From NCBI GenBank assembly GCA_964194965.1, contig CAXMQD010000251.1, positions 1-62,541 on the forward strand: 62,541 bases of DNA. Direction: 5' to 3'. The stretch comes from an uncultured Acidimicrobiia bacterium. GTDB taxonomy: Bacteria; Pseudomonadota; Alphaproteobacteria; Kiloniellales; J153. The notes beneath the pieces are model-generated. The model was given only the letters and a program-made list of their open reading frames with translations, had not been told where the DNA came from and ran no database searches. The position numbers and the translations under genes were made by a program. Positions 56,455 to 62,541 of this stretch are shown one piece after another (the stretch's first letter is position 1; the number at the start of each line of letters is the position of its first letter).

Positions 56455-57483
56455 TTGACTGTGAAATCGGACGGCAAAGCGCGCATCATCGACATTGCAC
56501 TGCAGGCTGGGGTTAGCACGGCCACCGTGGACCGCGTTTTGAACAATCGGCCCGGTGTGCGCCAGAAAACCATCGACCGGGTCGTCGAAACCGTCAAATG
56601 GCTGGAAAAAGGCCCGCGGCGGCCCACCGTCATCCCGACCATCACATCCGACCTGACCGTCGACGTGATCATCGCCGGCGGTGCCGGATTCTCCAACGAC
56701 GTGTTGGTGCGGGAAATTAAACGGACCGCAAAAGAGCGTGGCGTCACGGTTCGATTGGCATTGCCGCGGCGCATGGACCCGGTGGCGTTAACCGGCGCGT
56801 TGAGAGCCTGTCAGAAGACCGGAAGCTCCGGCGTCATCGTTCAGGTCCTGGAACACCCGAGCGTTCGGGCGGCGATTGGAGAACTCGCGGCGGGCGGCAT
56901 CCCGGTCATCACCATCCTGACCGATCTGCCGAGGGCCGAAACTGTTGGTTATGTCGGCCTCGACAACCGGGCGGCGGGGCGTACCGCGGGACTCCTGATG
57001 GGCCGGCTGTGTTCGCAACCAGGGACGATCGCAATATTCTGGGGCGGTCAACTCTATCGCAGCCATGAGGAGCGCGAGATGGGGTTCCGCACCGTGCTTC
57101 GCAGCGAGTTCGAACATTTGAAAGTGCTAGATGCGATTCGCGGATATGACGATCCGCGCAAAAACTACGAAATGGCCGCGGAATTGCTTGCCAGGCACGA
57201 TGACCTGCAGGGCGTCTATAGCGTCGGCAGCGGAAACAGGGGCATCGAAAAGGCCATGCTGGAAAGCGGCCGCAAGGACGAAGTGACCTATGTGGCGTTC
57301 AACCTCACGCCGCTGACAAAACAATGCCTGCTCAGCGGTGTCATAGATGCGGTGGTGCATCAAGATATGGCGCGCGCGGCGGAAAATGCGATCAGCGCGG
57401 TCGTGGACCACATCGCCGGGCGGCCGACTCAAATCGACAACATACCCATTGAGATCATTATGCGCGAAAGTATCCGCGACTAG
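56455..57483 (+). CDS. LacI-family transcriptional regulator
   Basis: 342 aa (TTG; alternative GTG at 56461). HTH 'ARIIDIALQAGVSTATVDRVLNNRPGVRQKT', followed by a periplasmic-binding-fold effector domain. Confidence 0.9.
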   Translation: MTVKSDGKARIIDIALQAGVSTATVDRVLNNRPGVRQKTIDRVVETVKWLEKGPRRPTVIPTITSDLTVDVIIAGGAGFSNDVLVREIKRTAKERGVTVRLALPRRMDPVALTGALRACQKTGSSGVIVQVLEHPSVRAAIGELAAGGIPVITILTDLPRAETVGYVGLDNRAAGRTAGLLMGRLCSQPGTIAIFWGGQLYRSHEEREMGFRTVLRSEFEHLKVLDAIRGYDDPRKNYEMAAELLARHDDLQGVYSVGSGNRGIEKAMLESGRKDEVTYVAFNLTPLTKQCLLSGVIDAVVHQDMARAAENAISAVVDHIAGRPTQIDNIPIEIIMRESIRD

Positions 57484-57509
57484 GATTCGGCACCGGGGAA
57501 CACATAGGT

Positions 57510-58694
57510 ATGGCTACAAATCAATCGATCGAACTTGGCATGGTGGGCGGTGGACCGGGGTCCGGGATCGGCCCGGCCCATCGCTACGGCGCCAGTATGG
57601 ACCGTGCCTTCGAGCTGGTCGCGGGCGTGTTTTCCAGGAATCCGGACAAGAACGCGCAGATGGGCGTATCCCTCGGGCTGAACCCGGACCGGGTCTACGC
57701 CGATTTCGAAACGATGGCGGTGGCGGAGGGCAAGCTGGCCGGTGGCATCAAAGCAGTGAGCATCGTCACCCCGAACGATAGCCATGTTCCGGCCTGCCTC
57801 GCATTCATCGAACAGGGGATTCACATCATCTGCGACAAACCGCTGGCGACATCGTTCGAGGATTCGGTCGTCGCGTACCGCGCGGCACGGTCTCGCGAGG
57901 TCATATTCGGCCTATCCCACATCTATGCCAGTTATGCCATGGCGCGCGAGGCGCGCGAACGGATCAAGGCCGGAGAGCTGGGTAAACTGCGGATGGTCCA
58001 ATTGGAATACGCCTCCGGAAGCCGGACCAGGCTGGTCGAGGCGGAAGGCGATACCAAGGCGCAGTGGCGCATGAATCCGCAAATCGCCGGCCCGTCTTCG
58101 GTCCTGGGCGATATCGGCACTCATGCCCACCAACTTGCACGGTTCATCACCGGCCTGGAACTGGAAGCCGTATCCGCCGACATCCAGATCATGGTGCCGG
58201 GGCGGACCGGCGACGACAACGCCAATGTGAATCTGCGCTTCGAGGGCGGTGTCCGCGGACAACTCTGGGCCAGTTACGTCGCGGCCGGCTTCGGCAACGG
58301 TTTGCGCGTCCGCGTATTCGGCGATCGCGGTAGTTTGGAATGGCTGCAGGAACGGCCCGACGAGCTATGGATCCGGCCGGATTCCGAGCCCCAGCGGCTG
58401 TTGCGGCGCGGCGAAGCCTGGCTGAGCGAGGCCGCGCGCCGCGCCAGCAGAATGAAAATCGGCCATCCGCAGGGCATCCTGGAAGCCTTCGCCAATTTCT
58501 ACGGCGATGTCGCGGCGGCCATTCATGACAAGGACTCCGGACACGATACCGGGGGCCGGCAACCGGACTTCGCCACCGCCCGCGACGGCGTTCTCGGCAT
58601 GAAATTCGTCGAGGCGGCGGTGGAATCGAATGCGGACAACGGTGGCTGGGTCGATGCGACGGTCGATTTCGCGGCGATCGAACGAAGCGCATGA
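57510..58694 (+). CDS. Gfo/Idh/MocA-family oxidoreductase
   Basis: 394 aa. Contains 'IELGMVGGGPGSGIG' and 'HIICDKPLATS'. Confidence 0.85.
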   Translation: MATNQSIELGMVGGGPGSGIGPAHRYGASMDRAFELVAGVFSRNPDKNAQMGVSLGLNPDRVYADFETMAVAEGKLAGGIKAVSIVTPNDSHVPACLAFIEQGIHIICDKPLATSFEDSVVAYRAARSREVIFGLSHIYASYAMAREARERIKAGELGKLRMVQLEYASGSRTRLVEAEGDTKAQWRMNPQIAGPSSVLGDIGTHAHQLARFITGLELEAVSADIQIMVPGRTGDDNANVNLRFEGGVRGQLWASYVAAGFGNGLRVRVFGDRGSLEWLQERPDELWIRPDSEPQRLLRRGEAWLSEAARRASRMKIGHPQGILEAFANFYGDVAAAIHDKDSGHDTGGRQPDFATARDGVLGMKFVEAAVESNADNGGWVDATVDFAAIERSA

Positions 58695-59695
58695 TAAAAT
58701 TGGCGCTTATCGGGGCCGGCGTGATCGGCCGAATCCACGCCCGCAATATCAGTCACAGCACCACCTGTTCTCTCGCCCATGTGGTCGATGTCGATCGCGG
58801 GCGCGCCAGCGAACTTTGCCGCTCGTTCGGCGGCCGCGCCGACGATTCGGTCGACCGCGCCCTATCGGACGACACGGTCGATGCGGTTATCATCGCGTCG
58901 TCCACGGATGCTCACAAAGGCCATGTTCTGGCCGCCGCGCGGGCCGGAAAAGCGATCCTCTGCGAAAAGCCGATCGCCGATTCGCTCGACGATGCCCGGC
59001 ATTGCGTCGAGGAAATCGAACGGGCCGGCGTGATCGCCGCGATGGGGTTCAATCGCCGGCTCGATGCGGCCCATCGGGACCTGCACGACCGGCTGTCGGC
59101 CGGCGACATCGGCAAAATCGAAATGCTGCGGCTGGTGTCCCGCAGTGCCGCCCCGCCGCGGCCCGAGACGGCGGCGCATTCGGGTGGCATGATCCGGGAA
59201 AAGGGCGCGCATTTTTTCGATCTGGCCTGCTGGCTGGCCGGTTCCGACCCGGTAGAGGCCACCGCCATGGGCGGCTGTCTGATCGATCCGCGGTTCGCCG
59301 ATTTCGACGACGTCGATACCGCCATCGTGACGCTTCGGTTGGAGAGCGGGAGCTTGGCCGGGTTCGATTTCGGCCGGCGCACCGCCTATGGCGTCGATGA
59401 GCTGATCGAGGTGTTCGGAAGTGACGGGCTGCTGCTCGCCGACCGGCAGCCGGTGCCGGGAGCGATTCAGCGCGCTGGCGCGCGCCTTTCGGCGCCAGGC
59501 CTCGACCACGACTGGTACCAACGGTTCGCCCCGACTTATGTCGACGAATTGGCGGCCTTCGCCGCCGCGGTCCGCGGCGAGGCGGAAGTGCACGCCTCCA
59601 TGACCGATGGCCTGCGGGCGCAAGCCATCGCCGAGGCGGCGATCGTTGCGCTTCGGGAACGGCGCACGGTGGCGATCGCCCCGGCCTGGCGGTAA
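58691..59695 (+). CDS. Gfo/Idh/MocA-family oxidoreductase (inositol-2-dehydrogenase-like)
   Basis: 334 aa, ATGA overlap with the upstream gene. Contains 'MIKLALIGAGVIGRIHA' and 'AILCEKPIADS'. Confidence 0.85.
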   Translation: MIKLALIGAGVIGRIHARNISHSTTCSLAHVVDVDRGRASELCRSFGGRADDSVDRALSDDTVDAVIIASSTDAHKGHVLAAARAGKAILCEKPIADSLDDARHCVEEIERAGVIAAMGFNRRLDAAHRDLHDRLSAGDIGKIEMLRLVSRSAAPPRPETAAHSGGMIREKGAHFFDLACWLAGSDPVEATAMGGCLIDPRFADFDDVDTAIVTLRLESGSLAGFDFGRRTAYGVDELIEVFGSDGLLLADRQPVPGAIQRAGARLSAPGLDHDWYQRFAPTYVDELAAFAAAVRGEAEVHASMTDGLRAQAIAEAAIVALRERRTVAIAPAWR

Positions 59696-59775
59696 AGGGG
59701 ATGTTGCCAAGCGGCACCGGCGCCATCGACAATCCGCGCTAAAGGATTGCCGTGGTTTTCCGATTCAACGGCAAT

Positions 59776-59787
59776 TTGATGCATCAA
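59776..59787. promoter_or_regulatory. Perfect 12-bp palindrome TTGATGCATCAA (candidate LacI-family operator), copy 2
   Basis: Read directly in the 267-bp gap before the 59963 gene. An additional half-site-like TTGATG lies at about 59797. Confidence 0.5.
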
Positions 59788-59962
59788 TTTCACTGATTGA
59801 TGTATTTTCTGCTCGATTCCGGATTGCGGAATGCATGGCAATCGAGATTTCGATGTTCATTATTCAGTTCTTCGGGAAATATGAATCAAAGAAATTGCGC
59901 GGCCCGGCGGGGCGCAGCCCGGCGGGGCGCGGCCCAGCGGGCGGTGCAACCGGGAAACTCAA

Positions 59963-60850
59963 ATGAAAAATGTCGGCGTAATTGGCCTGGGAGACATGGG
60001 TTCTGGGTTGGCGAAAAACCTTATCGAGGCGGGTTTCACCGTGCGGGGATGCGACCTCAGTGAAAAACGAATAGCCGCGTTTCAGGCCTTGGGCGGCGAG
60101 CCCCTCCCGTCGGCCGCGGACGTCGGCGCCCAATCCGATGCGGTCTTTGTCATGGTCATGACGGGTGACCAGGCCAAGGCCGTCATTCTCGGTGACGGAC
60201 TGGCCGCCACCATGAAACCCGGCGGCGTGGTTCTGCTAACGGCGACGATCAAGGCCTCCGAGGCCCGTGAAATAGGCGCCGCGCTGGACGGCACCGGTAT
60301 CGAGCTCATCGATTCTCCGGTCAGTGGCGGCTTTCCCGGCGCGCAATCGGGAACCTTGACCATGATGGCGGCGGGAAGCGACACGGCGCTGGCGCAAGTC
60401 CGTCCGGTCATGGAGGCGGTCGGCAAGAATATCCACCGGGTCGGCGCCGAGGCCGGCATGGGCCAAACCGTCAAAGCCTGCCTGCAATCGCTGATTGGCT
60501 CGATCTTCACGGCTACCTGCGAGGCCTCCGCGCTGGCGGCGAAAGCCGGCGTCAAGGGACAGGTGCTGTACGACGTGTTCAGCACCTCCGGAGCCGGTTG
60601 CGGTGTTGCCAACACGGCGCTTTCGAACATCATCGACCGCCAGTTCGTCGGCACCGGCAGCCACATCTCGACGATGTACAAGGACCTGACCATCGCGATG
60701 GACATGGCCCGCGACCTCGGCGTGCCGCTGTTCACCGCGGCAACGGCGATGCAGCTGTTTCAAGCCGGTAAGACCAAGCATCCCGAGGCCGACAACTGGG
60801 TCGTCGCAAGGGTCATGGAAGACATCGTCGGCGCCGAGCTGGCGCGCTAA
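59963..60850 (+). CDS. NAD(P)-dependent 3-hydroxyisobutyrate-dehydrogenase-family oxidoreductase (LtnD/tartronate-semialdehyde-reductase-like)
   Basis: 295 aa. Contains 'VGVIGLGDMGSGLAKNL', 'DSPVSGG' and 'GQTVKACLQ'. Confidence 0.85.
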   Translation: MKNVGVIGLGDMGSGLAKNLIEAGFTVRGCDLSEKRIAAFQALGGEPLPSAADVGAQSDAVFVMVMTGDQAKAVILGDGLAATMKPGGVVLLTATIKASEAREIGAALDGTGIELIDSPVSGGFPGAQSGTLTMMAAGSDTALAQVRPVMEAVGKNIHRVGAEAGMGQTVKACLQSLIGSIFTATCEASALAAKAGVKGQVLYDVFSTSGAGCGVANTALSNIIDRQFVGTGSHISTMYKDLTIAMDMARDLGVPLFTAATAMQLFQAGKTKHPEADNWVVARVMEDIVGAELAR

Positions 60851-60865
60851 ACGGAGCGAATATCG

Positions 60866-61729
60866 ATGAAACTAGGCGTCATTACCGACGGCATCAGCCG
60901 CGACTTGGAGCATGCACTGACCGTTATGGACGAGTTCGGCCTTAAATATGCCGAACTACAGTTCCTTTGGGACAAGGAGGTCGGCGACCTGGACACCGGG
61001 GAGCGCAAGCGGGCGCTGGAGCTGGTCACGAAACACGGCAAGAAGGTGTCGTGCATCTCGCGTCATGTTTTCGGCGGCATACCGATGAGCACCAAAGCCG
61101 GCGACCCGCTGCACACCAAGCACATGGACGGCCTCAAGCGCTGCATCGAGATGGCGCACGAGTTCGCCTCCCCATTGGTGCGGATCATGAGCGGCAAGAA
61201 GGAGATGATCCTGTGGGGCGCCCATGGCGCCGAGGCGTGGAATGTCGCCAAGGGCGCCTGGGACGCCCTGCCGCCGCTGATCGCCCCCGCCGTCGAGCTC
61301 GCCAAGTCCGAGGGGGTCGTCCTGGTGGTCGAGACCGGCAATGGCACCATGATCAATTCCTGCTGGACCGGACGCAAGCTGATCGACGATCTTGGCGCCA
61401 AGGACACGCTGAAGATCCTCTGGGACCCGGCCAACAATTGCTGGGCGCACGAGACTGCCTACCCCGACGGCTACGACACCATGAAGGGCGGTTATCTCGG
61501 CCACGTCCACATCAAGGACGTGCAGGCCGACACGCCGAAAGCGTTCCTCGAAGTCCGTCCCATGGGCGAGGGCCAACTCGCGGATCAGTTTCAGCCGATG
61601 GCCGATGCCCTGCGCGCCGACGGCTATGACGGCGCGATCTCGTTTGAAAGCGTCTACCATCCCGGAGACGGAGATTTCGAGGCCGGTTTCAGGACCTGCA
61701 TCGGCAAGTTCAAGGAGCATTACGGCTGA
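60866..61729 (+). CDS. Sugar phosphate isomerase/epimerase (xylose-isomerase-like TIM barrel)
   Basis: 287 aa, 15 nt after the upstream gene. Contains 'VLVVETGNG' and 'GHVHIKDV'. The antisense 254-aa ORF is rejected. Confidence 0.8.
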   Translation: MKLGVITDGISRDLEHALTVMDEFGLKYAELQFLWDKEVGDLDTGERKRALELVTKHGKKVSCISRHVFGGIPMSTKAGDPLHTKHMDGLKRCIEMAHEFASPLVRIMSGKKEMILWGAHGAEAWNVAKGAWDALPPLIAPAVELAKSEGVVLVVETGNGTMINSCWTGRKLIDDLGAKDTLKILWDPANNCWAHETAYPDGYDTMKGGYLGHVHIKDVQADTPKAFLEVRPMGEGQLADQFQPMADALRADGYDGAISFESVYHPGDGDFEAGFRTCIGKFKEHYG

Positions 61730-61977
61730 TCGGCGCGCGCCCGATTGCCCTGTCCCATCCCTAAATTCGACCCAGACCCGATCGCCAACGACCGCTTGTG
61801 GGCGTTAATTGCCGGCACCCCGTCGCGCGAGACTTGAATGGGAGATGAGGCGGCGGAAGCCTGGCTGGTCGAGGTGCCCTGTGGCCCTCCTAGGCCGGAC
61901 CGGGGTTTCGGCAATCCGCCCGCCCGTGTATTACTCGCGCAGGCGGCGCGATTGGAATCCGGGAAGCAAGTAATCCG

Positions 61978-62541
61978 ATGACCGAGATACACCAGAGCAA
62001 CCGTTACGAGGGCGGCGACCTGGTGGTCGAGTCGCTCAAGAATCTGGGCGTCGGGCAAATCTTTTCGGTCTCGGGCGGGGCCATCAATTCGGTTTATCGC
62101 GCCGCCGCCCACGATCTGCCGCTCGTCCACACCCGCCACGAGGCCGCCGCCGGCTTCATGGCCGAGGCGGTGGCGCGTCAGACCGGGGTACCCGGGGTCG
62201 CCGCGGTGACCGTGGGACCGGGCCTCACCAACACCGTCACCCCGGCCTTCGTCGCCGGTCGTGCGGGGACGCCGCTGCTGATCCTCGGCGGCCAGGTGCC
62301 GACCCCGATGTTCGACCGCGGCGCGGTCCTGGCCGGCAATCACCTAGAGATCATGGCGCCGGTCACCAAGTGGTCGGCGCGGGTGCTGCAGACCGAGCGC
62401 ATCCCCGAGTACATCGAGGCGGCCTGGCGCCACATGCTGACCGGGCGTCCGGGTCCGGTGTTCCTCGAAGTGCCCTCCGACGTGCTCGCCGCCCAGGTCG
62501 CCCGCGTGCCGCCCGCGCAGTACCAAGTGCCGCGCCCGGGC
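61978..62541 (+). CDS. Thiamine-pyrophosphate-binding enzyme (acetolactate-synthase-like), 3'-truncated by the window end
   Basis: Not in the ORF track because it has no stop codon. My own translation from the ATG at 61978 begins 'MTEIHQSNRYEGGDLVVESLKNLGVGQIFSVSGGAINSVYRAAAHDLPLVHTRHEAAAGFMAEAVARQTG...TVGPGLTNTVT...PLLILGGQ'. This is the canonical TPP_enzyme_N domain. Confidence 0.8.
   Translation, partial: MTEIHQSNRYEGGDLVVESLKNLGVGQIFSVSGGAINSVYRAAAHDLPLVHTRHEAAAGFMAEAVARQTGVPGVAAVTVGPGLTNTVTPAFVAGRAGTPLLILGGQVPTPMFDRGAVLAGNHLEIMAPVTKWSARVLQTERIPEYIEAAWRHMLTGRPGPVFLEVPSDVLAAQVARVPPAQYQVPRPG

Noticed and set aside
61720-62526. Minus-strand ORFs 61720..62343 and 62344..62526
   Set aside because: They are antisense to an open plus-strand frame that translates into a textbook TPP-enzyme N-terminal domain.
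1-62541. Mobile elements, CRISPR arrays, rRNA/tRNA genes, defence systems
   Set aside because: I found no transposase, integrase or recombinase-like ORF. I saw no regularly spaced repeats, and nothing resembling nuclease- or helicase-based defence genes.

Overview
High-GC proteobacterial (probably alphaproteobacterial, by inference) chromosomal window that is densely coding. I saw no rRNA, tRNA, CRISPR array, transposase or integrase. It reads as an organosulfur and sugar-acid catabolic neighbourhood. (1) 13-9733: a LysR regulator divergent from a sulfatase plus a Dpp/Opp-type ABC importer that has a second sulfatase wedged between the permease and ATPase genes. (2) 10234-14800: a three-subunit molybdoenzyme (catalytic subunit without a Tat signal, 4x[4Fe-4S] subunit, NrfD/DmsC-like anchor) that matches the SoeABC cytoplasm-facing sulfite:quinone dehydrogenase architecture. 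(3) 15022-21566: the most unusual cassette. It holds an SsuD-like luciferase-like monooxygenase, a DltA-like amino-acid adenylase, an Fmt-like formyltransferase, a DltC-like carrier protein, a two-GNAT-like protein and an amidase. No NRPS condensation domain and no Dlt/Alm-type transferase is present. (4) 21613-40049: five paralogous signal-peptide-less Cys-type sulfatases arranged around a CUT1 sugar ABC importer. They are co-oriented with two enolase-superfamily dehydratases, an aldo/keto reductase, an IlvD/Edd dehydratase and an RraA-like aldolase. No glycoside hydrolase and no regulator lies in this block. (5) 43693-46226: a secreted SUMF1/FGE-like protein lacking the catalytic Cys pair, translationally coupled to a secreted Asp-box propeller protein. 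(6) 46379-62541: a Liv-type ABC operon with hydratase and SDR genes, then a LacI-associated dehydrogenase/isomerase cluster marked by two identical 12-bp palindromes, ending in a 3'-truncated TPP-enzyme gene. Many long ORFs in the track are antisense or out-of-frame shadows typical of high-GC DNA. Several real genes have over-extended N-termini in the track, and I re-called those starts.
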